From contig CM060733.1 of NCBI GenBank assembly GCA_030704615.1, positions 19,964,001 through 20,028,000 on the forward strand: a DNA stretch of 64,000 bases, written 5' to 3'. Shown one piece after another: positions 12,054-26,700 of the stretch. The DNA comes from Takakia lepidozioides (Eukaryota; Plantae; Bryophyta). Every line of letters starts with the position of its first letter. Within the stretch, counting starts at the first letter, position 1. Under the pieces are notes generated by a model that was not told the origin of the DNA, made no database searches, and saw only the letters and a list, made by a program, of their open reading frames with translations. Both the position numbers and the translations under genes were made by a program.

Positions 12054-15000
12054 TGCTTCTGGGGACTCGTCACTTCTCCGAAGCGTTGTTCTTCGAAGTG
12101 AGAGGTCTCAACGTTTTGGATTTTGTCATCTGCATCTCAACTCATGGGATTTGAATTATGCTTTATTTAACAACAATTCAAAGACTCAAGTTTCTTGCTA
12201 TAAAAATGACATGCAAATATCTTAAAACAATGGGAAAATCTCAGAACCATTTACACAACCAGCTCTGTATCAGATATCACGTACATTTTCGTGGTCCAAT
12301 TTGGTTTTCATCCTCCGCTTTCTGCTACGCCCCGCTATTGGGGATACTATGCCGATTGGAAAATCACCAGCAGCCGGCATGAATGTGTTAGGCTCGGAAT
12401 CATCAGCAATAGTGATTGATTCTATCTCTATAGCTTGCTTATTTTGTACTTCCAAATTATTGCTTCCAACACCTACATCTCCGAGACTCTCCACAATCGG
12501 ACTCTCCAAAACCATAGTCTCCACAACCCTATCCAAGTCCTCCATATTGGTCTCGTCATTGAGCCACGTGCCCTCATTACCCTCATTATTACCCTCATCA
12601 GCCTCGTAAACTACCTGCTCAACATGCTCATTTTTTTTTTTTTTCCTCAACCGTCTCATTGTTGTCAGGGCCACCAGCTGATCCAACTGCTCCAACTGTT
12701 TCAAGCTTTTCAGCCCCCTGCTGTTCAACGTCATCATCATCCTCCTCCGGATCCTTGTCCTCAGTCCGAGCTCCCACCACCCTCTTGACCATCAATTCCA
12801 TCTCATGCTTCCTCATCAGCATGTGGTTCTTCCTCAATCTCCTCTTTGTCCGAAGCATCCACTTCGTCCTCAGTGTCCTCATTCTCATCAGAGACCTCCG
12901 CAACCTTGTTTGTGTCAGAGGCACCGTCATGTTTTTCGGCATCTCCTTCTTCCTGAAACTTTATTCCTTTCTCCACTTCGAGGACCTTGAATGTTGTCTC
13001 CATCTTATCATTGCAATGTTGAACATGGCTCTTCAGGTTTACATCCACAACACGAACTCCGTGTGCCTACATTAAAAACTGATCACTGTTATTTCCAAGT
13101 CAACAAAATTCAAAGGACGAGATCAACATAATAGTAGTGGCAGTTGACGTCGACATTCATGTCGACGTTTGAGTCGTAACAACGAGGAGGTGATTATCCT
13201 TAGCTCACCTAAAGATGATAGCTGAGCATAGGACCACCAAATATATTGAAGGCTGACATCCCCTCCCGACAGAACTGATCGACGAGGATTTCATAATCCT
13301 GACTCCGTAGCTCGTGCTTGTACACTCTTAGCTCTATTTCTCTGTCACTGAGCTCAACTTATGTGCCATGCAGCACGGGTTCCAAGGGCTTCTTGAAAAG
13401 AGTTGTCAGGATGTGTGCGTCTGGGGTCTTGAGCTGGTTCTCTGTTGCAGGAAAGACGTAATCGAGGCATAACACAGGGCGCGCGGAAGCAGCAGAGGTG
13501 GTTGCGTATTTGCGCTCCTCTGAGGTAGACTCCCTGAAGAAGACTGTACTTCGTGGAACCCCCACCGTACCGCACGTAAGAAACAAGATTTGATGATGAA
13601 GCTTGGGTTGAGAAGAACACGAATACATTTGAAAAGACATTGCGCTTCCTAAAGGCAGACAATATGGTGATGTAGTCCTTCCTCTCAAACACAAGATCCT
13701 CTCTGTCTCCAATTGTGTTCACAAAGACCATACCAATGTTTAAAAAAAAATTCCTGCTGAAGAATGAAAGACGGCTGGCAGCGTTCGAGAACCTCCCCTT
13801 TGCACATAGCATGACATAGCGGTCCTTGAATGATCGTATCAGGTCATCATTGTAGGTCGCCATCTCCTCAATTTTCTTCTTCCAAGATAGTACATAGCTC
13901 CTGAATGGCTCCGGGATCGAGGGTGTCATCTTGTTCATATTGGCTTTGTCTGCCAGATATTCCGCCGTTGTTTTGGACTGCATAGCCTTAGAAACTGTCT
14001 TAGTGATTTTGAGGTCATGTTTCATCTTTGTCCATTCCTCCTTCGTGTACGGTTCTGGATTGCTTTTGGACCGCTCTGCTCCTCCGAGTACCACTATGAT
14101 GTCATCAACCACAAACCTTCGTGTTTTCATGTAATCAATGTAGTCGTTCATGCTCCTCAAGGTTTGATCTTTACCCTTATATGGATTTCTAATGCGCACC
14201 CTCAAGTCCAGGATCCTCTGTGCCACCTTCTTGATCTGTCGCTGATTAAGCCCTTGAAGCTTTTGGATAGCCGACTTGGTCAATGGAACCTGCTCAGAGT
14301 TGCATACAATCCCCATAGCATCAATGAGCTCCCCCTTGTCCCACTTTCGAAATACAGTCTCCCACAACTCCCAGACGTCCTCATCAGCATAGACCAATGC
14401 CAACGCTTCTTTCGAGGAGTTCTTCTCCAGTATAACCAGTGCCGCAAAATCTTGGAATGAAGAGCACAATTATTTTCAGACCCAACAAATTATCAGTGAG
14501 GAAATTCCAAAACCCCTATCTACATACTAGTATGTACATAAATGAAAAAAAAGACTATTAGAAGAATGTTTACCTTCCGCAAGCCAGTCTCGTTCTTTTT
14601 TGCATTATCATTGTATTTCGGCGGCTTCCCAATTGATGCATAAAAGCTTCTCAGGTGACCCAATTTCTCGCTAAAAGTCGTGTCAAACTTTTGTGCTTTG
14701 TTCGGATCATTTAGAAGCTTGGAGAGCTTCACCAGTTGCAAAGTGCTCTTTTGACCACACAATCCTGGGCGGCCATTCTCCAAAGTAGTTTGTGAGCTGC
14801 TCGTCTGTATCCAAATCCTCAACAAGTTCCTACAGACACAGTTCCATGTTGTAAAGATTTACTTCATTCGACGTCGACATTGATGTCGACGGTCAATTGA
14901 CTCGACAATATCCTACTTCATTCTAATAGACGTCCATAGCATATAACGTCGACATGAATGTCGAGGTTCTAGACCAATTTCAAATCTACTTGTTGAATTC

Positions 15001-15458
15001 TAGAGTCAAGAGACATAGATCTGGTTAGTGAGTACCTTGGCAGCCACGATCGTATGTTGCCCTCCGATAATGAAAAATTTTGTCGAAGCATCGTCGATCT
15101 CCGCTGATCTCGTTGGTATCTTCTTACACACATCGTCCTCCTTCTCTGGATCAATTGGAGTGAGGTATACCGGATGTTGGGCATCCAGATGTCGGAGCTG
15201 CAGGAGTCTGGTTTTGACCTCATCCTTGTGCTTGAGGTTCAAAGGTCGGTAAACCATATGTTTAGGAGCAAGATTCATCCGCGATATCGGTATTTTGAAA
15301 GTTCTACTAAAACCGAATGGAAACATGTCTCCGTAGTATTCTACTAGATTTTTTGCCAGTTCTATTGACTTATCCTTGTCGTAAATGTCGGCTGTCTTGG
15401 GTCTCTTTACGTCGGGAGCAAGGGCTGGATCAATGGATTTCATTGTAAGCTTGCCCAC
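12054..15458 (-). pseudogene. Multi-exon gene: ParB/Srx-like domain, helical region, degenerate beta-class MTase-like C-terminus, acidic tail
   Basis: ORF 15006-15458: FKIPISRM...YRPL...VYLTP...FFIIGGQHT (ParB-like G.H motif). Approximate exons 14829-14574, 14460-13210, 13067-12284, 12131-12054 with GT-AG ends. 'ELRSQDYEILVDQFCREGMSAFNIFGGPMLSYHL*|AHGVRVVDV' resembles the SAM-binding end of N6/N4 MTases. Confidence 0.55.
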
Positions 15459-15495
15459 ATCAAATTTGGGAGCTTTCAGAATTTTTCCTTTCCGG

Positions 15496-15660
15496 TTGAA
15501 TGAACTTGGCTACAAGATCCTTCAAATCACAAGTTTGAGCTTCACACACAATGAACTTACAGGGATTGAGCTTCCAATGCGAACCAGAAGTCTTATATTG
15601 ATAGCATTGTTGTAAAACACATGGACCAACAATGACAGTCTCTGGAATGACATATAGTAC
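15496..15660 (-). other. Module ending in a captured ribosomal protein S3a (eS1) fragment, copy 1
   Basis: VCEAQTCDLKDLVAKFI resembles plant RPS3a VREA.SCDLKDLVAKFIPE. About 165 bp are homologous to 18464-18625. Confidence 0.7.
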
Positions 15661-18463
15661 AGTAATGACATATAGTACAGCATGCCGCTTCCAGTTGACC
15701 CATGTAGGTTTCTTGTAACTATCCTTCCACAGGGAATCATAGGTAATGTGGGGCTTGAAATCCAGCCCTTTTGGATGAATCTGGACCCACACTCTATCCT
15801 TGCTCCTTCAGCTATCCATGCCTCTGACAGCCTACAATTCTACCAGCAAACACCCCAACCATACTGGTGTGGAGTTCTTCCCCAAAACACCCCAACCCTA
15901 CTTATCACAATCTGAAATGCATCTGCTTCTCTCTGTAGTCCAACAGGCATTCACCTTTTTGTCTCCATTGTCCCACCATTGGGGTCGGAAAGTGTTCACC
16001 CCAAAGCTTCTCCTCACCTCTATTATATGTTTTTGGATACTTCCCTTTGCTTCTTTGAGGATGATCCAACACCTTCCTGATCCTGTTCTGTTACTGATGA
16101 CCCTACCGTAGACTTACGTCTTCGTCTTGCTTCTTTGTTCCATGTTTTCATTACCGGCTGCGAACAATACATCCTGAAAACGGTCCCAGGAGCGGATAAA
16201 TGTTTTGGTATCCTAACCGCAGTTGCTGTCTTCATTGAACTTGAATCCTTTTTTGATTGATTGTTTCATGAGGTTCTTGCGGACAAAATTTCCAGATCCT
16301 ACGTACCCGAATGTTTTTGGCACCCTTCCATTCTCAGCAACAAATATCACCAGCATTGGAGACTGCATGTTCGTCTGGATTTCCACTTCCTTCACGTATG
16401 CATACTTGAGCTCTGCAACATTGCTTCTCGTCTTGTAGTGAAACCGGAGCTTGTGATCTGGAGGTTCCCCAGCGACTTCAATGCCCCATTCTTTTATGCT
16501 GCTCTTCAATTTGTATATAGCTACATGCTCTGTCATGTATCTCGGGGATCTGACAGATAAGAAATCCCCACAAATGTCTGTAGACATTCCGGGTTGGCAG
16601 TCTTCGAGGGCATGAGAACTGCAAAAGCCATATGTCCAATATTTGATCAAGAAAACACCTCGACATTAATGTCAATGTTAGAAAATGTTTATGATGTGAC
16701 CATGATATTTAATCACACTATCTTTTCCACATACAAATGAATGACAAACCAAATCCCACAAGTTTTGTAAGCTCAAACACATTGAAAAATCTTTGTAACT
16801 ATCCATCTTTTATTCACATCAGAGAACAACTGAGATCTACAACGCATTACTCAACAATGAGACAACATTACTCAAATGTCCAGAGACCAGTGTCTTCATC
16901 ACAATAGATTCGGCCTAACCAAACAGGTTCCAAAAGAGGATTCCTCTTTTGATCTTGATCTTGAGTTCCCGACAGCCCAAGAATCTCGGCACAGACGTTG
17001 TCCATGGGTAGCTCATATTCTTCGGGGTATGACATGCGTGGAACGTAAGCCTCTGGACTGTATGTTTCTAGACTGTATGTTTCAGGAACATATCACTACA
17101 AGAGATGAGCGTTTTTAGGACTACGGCTTTGGCGGAGTCATAAAAACTGCACTAGGTACATGACTACAGAGCGCTAAAATGCATTACAGTTTTAGTTTTA
17201 TGACTTTGTAGTAATGGATATCACTACATGACTCCGGAAAGTTAGGGAGCATTGGTCAAACATTGTTGACCATGATGACAGGGATGGTTTATATGACTAG
17301 TGTGATATGTTTGACTACACGTGGACGACGTTTCATGGAATCTTATGACTCCATGACTGAAGATGGTTTCAGAGCTCTATTTATACGACTACATCACTAC
17401 ACGTGTCATTTTGAAGGCACATATAATGCAAATAAGGTTGCCCATTAGTGTAATCGTGAACAGAAAGGAGGGCTGGGACTTGACGTTTTTTTGTCTCCTG
17501 CGCCACACCACATAGCTGAGGGATGGAACGCGATGATAGCAGGATATGCAGGGGCGTGGGATGGAGACATTGAGCAAATGATGCACGAAGGAGAAGAGGA
17601 GGAGGAGACGAGACGAGACAAGGAGAAGCGAGCTCGCCGTTCTTGGGAGAGTCAGCTTGGTCTTAGCAAGCGTGTTTCAATCTCTGACTACTCATCTACG
17701 CCGTAGTGGTTCGATCTCACAGACCAATCCGACATTACCTAACTACAGACACAAGCAACACACACAAGAGGTCATCGGTCAAATCCTCCATGGGTCAGGA
17801 CAGGTCAAGGACAATGTGGTAGGGCACCTTCTTCTTCAACCTATTTCAGCCCGTGTTGCCCTCTCATCAGACTCGGCCGCAAGATGCATATTGAATTCTG
17901 TAAGTTAGGTCGTTGGGTAGATCTGTGGTGGTTTGGAGTGACTTTGGCAAGTTACTGCCAGTGGGTAAGACTTAGCTTCCCTCCTCTAATGTAAGTGTTG
18001 GATAAGTTTCATTTAGTGTCGACCTTCACTGCATATATTGGCTCTTTTCTTGGTTGGTTTCATATTTTCTTGGCTGGTATGCTGTTGGTTGGCTTCTTTC
18101 ATTTCACGTGTGTAGTGGAAGGGGAGAAGTACTTTCCTAAGTTCTGCTGCAACAATGTTTTTTTCCAGCCTAGATGTTTTCGATGGATACAAATTGAAGT
18201 GCTTTGAATGTTGCTGCAATATTATAATAAAGTGGAGGGTGCTGAATGCAGTTGGCCTTGCTTCGTGCAGGCATAATCTAGGGAAATGTGGACATAGCTG
18301 AAACCCCATGATAGCATTTCCAGAGGACGGTGTGGATGGCCTCACAATCCAGCATGCAAAATCATTGACAATGTGGAGATGGCTGAATGGGCAAACAGGT
18401 TAAGTGGCGAACAAGCCACGTCACTGGTACATAGTTGCATGCTTACATAGTACATGAAAGCGT

Positions 18464-18680
18464 ACTATATGTCATTCCCGAAATTGACCATGTTGGTCCA
18501 TGTATTTTACAACAATGCTATCAATAAAAGACCAATGGTTCGCATTGGAAACTCTATCCCCGTAAGTGGCTTGTGCGTGATGCTCAAACTTCTGATTTGA
18601 AGGATCTTATACCCCAATTCATTGCAGAGGTGATTGGAAAAGACATTGAGAAGGCAACAGCCGTTATCTATAATCTACAG
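18464..18680 (+). other. Module with captured RPS3a (eS1) fragment, copy 2, inside the CACTA
   Basis: VRDAQTSDLKDLIPQFIAEVIGKDIEKATAVIYNLQ matches the RPS3a C-terminal segment (...IPE.IG.EIEKAT..IYPLQ). Confidence 0.75.
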
Positions 18681-19074
18681 ATCCCCTTCAATTTGATGTG
18701 GGAAAGCCGGCTGGCTGGAGGTCTAGTCTCACTTTCACTCATCGTATGTCAGTGTTGTATCCATTGCAATGTGGAGATGTTTGAAACAACATTGGAGCAT
18801 TTCCAGAGGATGGTCTGGATGGCCTTTCGTGGCGTGTGCCGAATCCATGGCAAGAAAACATTGCAGGCAGAACCCATGGCAATGGTACCAGCACGGGTTG
18901 GTCCAAAGCCAATTGCAACAACAAATGAATAAAGGGTGCTGAAAGGAAAGCACTCCATAATTGATCATAAAATCTAGTGTCCAAGCATGATATCTTAATG
19001 GGAATGCGAAGGGAGTGTTACCACCTTAAACTATCATGCATGGTCTATAACTGGAGTGTACAAATCGCGCAAAT

Positions 19075-22000
19075 CTAATCTTCATCATCCTCATCTATGT
19101 CTGGGTCACTACATGTATCACTGTCTTCATCACAGACTTGATCTTGTCCAAGGGTTGGCTGAACATCATCACCACGTATACGGGGTGCTCGGAGGTACAA
19201 GGAGGCCACCTGCTCTGGAGTAACCGGTACCGCTCGGCTGCATGTTGGGCCATCAGTAACCAGAGTCTCTTCTAGTCTTTGTGGGGCTAACAATCCTTCC
19301 ACTTCCGCCACATCATCATTATCAATTGATATGTCGCAGACCACTCTACGTGCTCAGGGGCTCTTCTCCAGGACGACTTTCCACCCCGGCTCCTTCACAC
19401 AATCTGAAAAAAACACTTGATCAACCTGGCCAAGAAACACAAAAAGTTGCTCAGAAGGTGGAAGCATACGGTTAAAATTGACAAGTGTGAAGCCAGCATC
19501 ATCCTGCTTCATTGACATAGGTAGACGACCCACGCGACTCGCCCGTACCCACGAACACAAAAACACTATAGGCTGTGTTTGGCCATAGTCAATTTGCAAA
19601 ATCTCCCTTATAAGACCCACATATCTTGTAGGTTCCTCCATGTCATTGCCTGAATTGTTGGTAATGGGCTGGTGCTGGAAAACAGATGAGACTCCACAAT
19701 CAAAAGACACCATACTTGTTGTGTTCATGCCGGGGGATGTAACCCTGTAATGGTTACCATACGTTGTCATACTCTTGAATGACAGGGCAGTAAATGATGG
19801 AGGCCTTGAAAGATCCAGTAATTCCTCACATGTTGTAGGATCAAGCCCATTTGATTGAATTGAGAGATGATCTCGTACACCTTGAGGGAGCCAAACAGCA
19901 AATGGAGGACAAGGATGCAAATCAGGAGGGTACTGACTTGCCGTGGGATTGCTCATGCCTTCCAGCCCTTGCTCCTCACGAAACAAGCGTTGTCTGGCTT
20001 CTATCCGTGTGGACTCTGCTTCATATATCCTGTCATAATCCGAGGGTCAGCCAGGAGATTGACAGAGGTGGCGTGGGAGATTTGAAAAGACGCCATATGC
20101 CAACTAATGATAAATGACTAAAACTTGGAAATCTGAATGTCAATGAAGTAGATTTCTTACCCCAACATGACTGACAGACGAGGATGGTTCTGAATGATGT
20201 ACTCATGTACAATATCACACAGGTCATTCAATTTTTGGGCTTTAGAACTTCCTTCCACAACTTCACGTTCCACAGATTCTGCCTCATCTGCATCCCACAC
20301 CCTTCGTACACTTCCATCAAATCCTGTCATATATTCTGTGCAAAAACCCAATGCTTCTTCAAATTGGTATCCTTCTGCCATGCTCCCCTCGGCCTTGCCA
20401 TGTTTCTTACGTAGCCCTTCATATCTTTCATTGCCCGCTCCATGGGGTACATCCAACGAGATGCTACGGGCCCGCATAAGTACAACTCATCCACTAGGTG
20501 AACAACCAGATGTGTCATCACATCAAAAAATGATGGTGAGAACTCCTTCTCTATAAGACACAGAGTGAGAACTGCTTCAGTTCTCAATTCCTCATACTCT
20601 ACAAGATTCACCACTTTTGCACACAACTTCTTAAATACACGACATACTCGCAAAATGGCCCTTCGAGGACCACTTGACATGAGCCCACGGATAGCAAGCG
20701 GTATAATTTGCTGCATGAGCACATGATAGTCATGTGATTTCATGTCAAACAACTTCTTCACCACATGCTTTTTGAAAGCTGATGCGTAGCCTGTTGGCAC
20801 TTTCAAGTTCTGCACAATCTCCAGAAAGACTTGTAACTCAGCCTCAGTGAGGACATAAGGGGCAGGAGGCATAATTAACGTATCTGCTCTGTTAGGATCA
20901 CGTTGTAGCCACAATTCCGGGCGCATCCCAAGTAGCTCCAAATCGTGGCGAACTTTCAATGTGTCTTTCTCACCAAAGATAATTTTAATAATATTTTCAG
21001 CCAAGTTCTTCTCGCAATGCATTGCGTCAAACGTGTGTCGGATGAGGAGACCCTACAAAATGAACACATAAGCAATTGAGCATTTACTCATCATAATTTA
21101 AACAGAAAACGCAAAAATGTACACAGCCAATTTAAAAACCATGAAGGAATTACCTCCCAATAAGGTAAGACATATAAAATTGACAATCGCTTAACTCCAT
21201 GAGTTTTTGCTGGGTCTGTCCTGCTATCTGGCGTCCCTCCGTTTTCCACCATGCAGTACGAGCTGTTGCAAGCTCCTTGATTTGTGTTCCAGTCTGCGTT
21301 TTTGGAGGAGTTCCATGCTCAGTAGCGCCATTGAACATTCTTGACCTTCTATATGGATGATTGCGGGCCAAAAATCTTCGGTGGCCTAGGAAAACAATTT
21401 TTCCACATGTGTGTACCTGCTGTGAAGTCACCCCGGGTCCACAAGCTGGACAACCAGCATAACCTTTCGTCACTTGACCTGAGAGCAAGCCATATGCAAG
21501 GTAGTCATGGATTGACCACATCAACACTGCCCTCAGTGTGAATTCGCATTGACCACGAGGACAGGAAACATCATGCGCTGCAATCCATCTCCATAGTTCC
21601 AGTAGCTCTTCCACTAGGGGCATCAGGTAAACATCTACGTTGTCCGAGGTAACAGACTCCTTACCAGGAATCAGTAGTGCTAACATGACAAAGAACTTTT
21701 TGGTCATTAACCACGGAGGCAGATTGTAATTGACCAAGAGAACGGGCCATGTGCTCCAACTTGTGGATTGAGCTCCGTAGGGATTTACACCGTCTAAGGC
21801 CAATCCAAATCACAGAGATCGTGGCTCTGCAGCAAAATCCTCAAATGTGGTGTCAATGTGTCTCCATGCTTTGCTATCAGCTGGATGTCGAACCAACCCA
21901 TCCTGGCTCTTATGTCTGTCGTGCCATGTCATGAGGTTAGCGATCGATTTACATCGGTACATACGTTTCAACCTTGGAATGACAGGGAAGTGTCGCAATA

Positions 22001-23163
22001 CTTTCTTGGGCACACTTCCACGATCTGGAATGTAACGGGAACTGCGGCACACTGGGCAAATGTCTACATTCTCATACTCCCCACGGAAGAGTACACAACC
22101 ACGCTCACAGGCATGAATCATGGTGTACTGCAATCCCATCTTGGCAATCATGGTTTTTGCTTCATAGTGAGTTTTCGGCAATGAATTCTCTTTAGGCAAA
22201 AAACTCTTACGCAACAATCCCAGAAGCTCATCCACAAATGCATTGGTGCACTTGTGGGTAGTGCATGCGTTCAGCAACGTCAAAGTTGCTTGCAGCCGGC
22301 TGATGGAGCACCCTTCAAAAAGTGGACATTGCGACTATTGGAAGAGTTTATCATACTCGGGATCAACGTGCAGGTGAGCATTCTCATCAAATTCATTGTC
22401 TCCGGAATCGTCGAGATCATCGTCATGATCAGCAAATGTGTGATCGGTTCCACCATGAATGGGGTCCTCTCTGTTTGCATCTGCAAAGAGAAACGCTTCC
22501 TGCAATGCACGCTGCATTTCTACCTCCAATCCACCACTCTCATCTGCGTTTTCTGTGACATTGGACTCCCGCTGTGCCGCAGGGCCTTCGTCTTCATCAT
22601 CTGAATATTCACATCCCTGCATCCCAATAGTCATCTTGTGAGTGGACCAACAACGATGTGACACTTGTTCATATTATGACATAGGAGGCACGGTGACGTT
22701 GCAGTGATGCAGTCATATTTACGTATGTATCTTATGAATATACACCCAATCAAAACAGGACATTTGTAACCATTGAAGTCATAGTTGCAGTCACTTACTT
22801 AGTCATATATGACTACATGACTACACATGACCAATGAAAACACGACATGTGCATTAATTAAAGTGATAACGGAAGTGGCGTAGTCATAGTCACGTCTGTA
22901 TCTTATGACTTCTTGACTACAATCACCCAACGAAATGTCGACATGTGAAGAAGATGATCGTTGCATTCAAAATTCAAACTAAAGTGCTGAAGGGAAAGTG
23001 TCGATCTTACCGGAAGAGAACAGCGTTGGAGAAGAGGATCCCTCCCGTGTATCATGTAATGATTCATCACTGTTTCCAACAACAGTACTTTTCCTCCATG
23101 ACACTCATCGCAGTTGCATAGCATTTTTGTATGCCCATTCCTTGTGGCAGAAGCTTCTTCCAT
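19075..23163 (-). pseudogene. CACTA TnpD/Tnp2 transposase (transposase-associated domain, Transposase_21, DUF4218, DUF4216), frameshifted
   Basis: MLCNCDECH...H; IHACERGCVLFRG...CPVC; RHPADSKAWRH; LALDGVNPY...STWPVLLVNYNLPP; MHCEKN; MKSHDYHVLM; FFDVMTHLVVHL...RWMYPMER; YVGLIREILQIDY...QVFF. Several introns and frameshifts. Confidence 0.92.
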
Positions 23164-23799
23164 TCACCATAGACGGTCATCTATTCTACGCCTACGCATC
23201 CGGTCGCCACCTGCACTGTACATGCTTTGAACGTCACCCCTTCCCTCTTTGCATACTACGCACAGTGCATTGTCTCTAGTTTTGCACCAGCTGCCAATGT
23301 GCTATTTCTATATCTATAGTATACTATAAGTATCGTTTCTGAGTGTCCATGGTGAAGCGGAAGATCTTCGAAGTGACAGTCCCTCTCACTGAGTACGAGA
23401 AGTTCCGAGAGCGCCGGATTGCTGCCATAAAGGAGGTGGAAGCAACGTTCAAGCAGTCGATAGATGGGTGAGTTTAGTTCCTGACTTTGGATACCCACCC
23501 ACTAAACTTGCAATTCGCCTTATCCTCTAACCTTCCTACAGCGATCATAAGCTTCATAGCACAAATGGGGGCGAGTAGCTGCGACTTGTACAAACAGAGA
23601 GGCAAACAACATGCAGTGAGTGACGATTAGGTTTGAGGAGGGTGTGTCATTAGGCGGGAGATGTCCGCCGTCATTCGTGGGCAGCCATTACATCCTGGTA
23701 GGGTGTGGCTGTGGTTCAGCGTAGGCTTAAGAGTATTAGGGTATGTATGCTTGCATTTGTTTGTGATTGTTTGAGAGGGAGGTCATGGAGGTGTTTGTG

Positions 23800-26700
23800 C
23801 AGGCTTGCGGGAGCGAATCGCCCTCGCAAGCCACGCGCTCCGAAGGAAAAAGCTAGGGATCAAGGTCCTGCAAGGCAAAGTGCCAAGCTGAAGATGATGA
23901 AGACTACGATTTTGCATGAGGGCTCTTCTGAGGACGATGAGGACGATCCACTCCTCCCACGCCAGTGCGAGGCGAGTGCGTCGTCGGCGGATGCCACGGC
24001 AACCCGAGGAGAACATGCCCATGGTCATGTCGCAGGACAAAAACGCCCATCATCTACACTACGAACACCTTCTCCGTCTGTGAGTTATAGTTCTTCACAA
24101 TGACCATGATTCAAATTATGTATGTTTTTGGTAAAATCACCAAGAGATAGGGTATGTCTGTCAAGACAGGGAAGTTGGACAATGCAGGGGTCAGCCAAGA
24201 CACAATCACAAATGATTTCCACTAGACAAGTTCAAGTGCCAAAGGCATGATGTCAGGCCAATGTAGACTTCAGGTGTGTTCAAATTCTTTGCCCCATGAA
24301 ACCAACATCCTGGTACTAAGCTACAATGGCTACTTATGCACCCAGAATATCAGTAAAACTTGGAGGGATACTTCTCATGGACCCATCAAGTTTGTCCATT
24401 TGAATTCTTGCTATGGATTTTAGGAACACCCCATACCTAAGAGGGCTCAAAAATGTACTGGGAGGACATCATTGGGGCCAATCAAATTTGGGAGATTTAC
24501 TGCCCAAGATCATACTGAGTTTTGGGTAATCTTGTCTTTACAAATGATATGTGCTTCCAGTTTGTTATATTGAATTCAAGGATTTGCTGCTTGCTGCCTA
24601 TATGTATGTGTAATCACCCACATTGTACTGGGGGAATTTCTTTTCAGGGCAAGCACAAGCGCACTGGATCCACGATCCCTGCTGCTAGCAATCAAGAACG
24701 CAGGAGGTCGCCCTAACTCTCCCATCGTTGTGGGTTCTGTGCCACCAGTACCCCCACCTTATTATGGTATGCCTCAATACCCACAGTCTGACACTCAGTA
24801 TGGTCAGGGTCAATATGGTGCTCCTCCATATGGGCAGTATGGGCAGTATCCTCCTCCACCATATTTGCCACCCCCTAATAGCTATGGGGGTGGTAGGCCA
24901 CCGGAATATCCTCCTGCTTATGGACAGTATGGCCAGTATGGTCCTCGGCCTTCTAGCCAACAGCCATGGCCACCAGTCCCTACTTGGCAGGATCCTGCTT
25001 TGAATTTTCCTGAGCGCACGGAGGTCTCTGAAGGAGGGGAGGGTGCCGTTTCAAAGAATGATAGAACCAATGCTTTAAGGAGGGCTAATAGCTCAGCCAA
25101 AATTGAAGCTGCCAAGGTGAAGGAAGAGAGAATAGCTGCAGGTCTTCCTCCCACGGTGATTTTGACGAACCTCAAAGGAGCCCCGTATGGTCAGACCCGG
25201 AATGTATGGCACGCTGCCCTTACAGGACAGGCTTATCGCAAGCTAGATTGTTCCTTTGCCATCAACAACCAACCTGATGAAGTTGTATACGAAATCAGAG
25301 ATCACCTGGCTAAGCTATTTTCATATACGCCACACAAGTTAAAAGACTTCCACCTAAAACAAACAATTGGCAGAATAATGAAGAGCCAGCGTTATGAAGC
25401 ACACACTGCGTGGATGGGTGGTAAGGGGAAACCCATTACTGTATCTGACGAGGTATGGAACAAGCTTGTAAGTTACTGGCAGACAAAGGTGTTCCACAAA
25501 GTGTCGGGCAACATGAAGAAGGCAAATGGTGCAATTCAGAATCCTACCAAGACTGGCCGTGGTGGGAAGGCAATGGTGGAAGCACGCTTGGTAAGTGGCA
25601 TCATCACGACTCTGTATTTTGTTCTTCATTGAATTGCTATGTGTATATAGTCAGCCCTCACATTGCTTACTGACTTGTGGCATGGGTTTGTTTGTGGCAT
25701 GGATTAATTTGTAGGAAACACTATCAGGGTGCCCTCCTACATTATATGAAATTCAAGAGGGTTCAGTGTCACGGTTGTCAGCTGGGAGTGACAGGCGGGT
25801 AAGTGTGTTTTCCACGTTTGCTAGAGTGGTTGCATCATAGGTTGCTAGGGTTTTTTTCAAGGCTTTTGGCCTGGGTTTTCTTTCCAATGGTTGTTCATGC
25901 TAGGTTTTTTTGGTTTGATTCATACTTGGGCAAGTTTTCATGGATTGGCAGGAGGGAAGTCTCGCATATTCTACAGTAGTTGGCAGGATGGATGGCTTGG
26001 ACAAACTAGTGGAATCACAAGGACGTGACATGGCAGAATTAAAATTACAGATGCAGAGTATGATTGAGTACCAGAAAGCCATTGTGACCAGATTGGGGAT
26101 TAATCTACCAGGCGCAGGACCAGTGAAATCTACGATGGATACGTCTGCTGTGACAGTATCAAAATGTTTGGAATCCCAATTTCAGACGGTAACTGGTGCT
26201 CACTCTAAGCCCTTATGTCTTCCTGTCACTGATGATCTTTTGAATTTGACCGAGCAGCAGCAGGATACAGGGAAGGCCAGCTATGATGTACACGTGGAAA
26301 TTCAGCCCTTGCCACGTACAAAGGCAGTAGCAGTCCAGGGGGCAATGGTGAAAGCGCCGCCGGGCACACCGGATTCTGGTATGCAGGTATGTGGGAGTTT
26401 AAATGGGGAGGAAGATGCAGACGGGGACAAAACAAACAAGCAGGTTGCTTTAATTTCTCCTGCTCACATGTTGAAGCCAAATGTCAGTTTACTTCCTGGA
26501 CCAACGAGGAAGCATTTACTAATTCTGGACTTAAATGGTCTGTTATGTGAATCTTTTCATTCTGCTAATGGGCCTACATCCCTTCCCAAAGGTTTTGTGG
26601 GGAAGATGTGTGGCAAGAAGATGGTAGTTTTGAGACCACGCTGTTATGAGTTTTTGCAAAAGTGTTTTGAACACTTTGAGGTGGCGGTGTGGTCTTGTTG

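Noticed and set aside
18573-18932. Functional RPS3a gene
   Set aside because: Only ~35 codons match, and they are embedded in unrelated sequence inside the CACTA.
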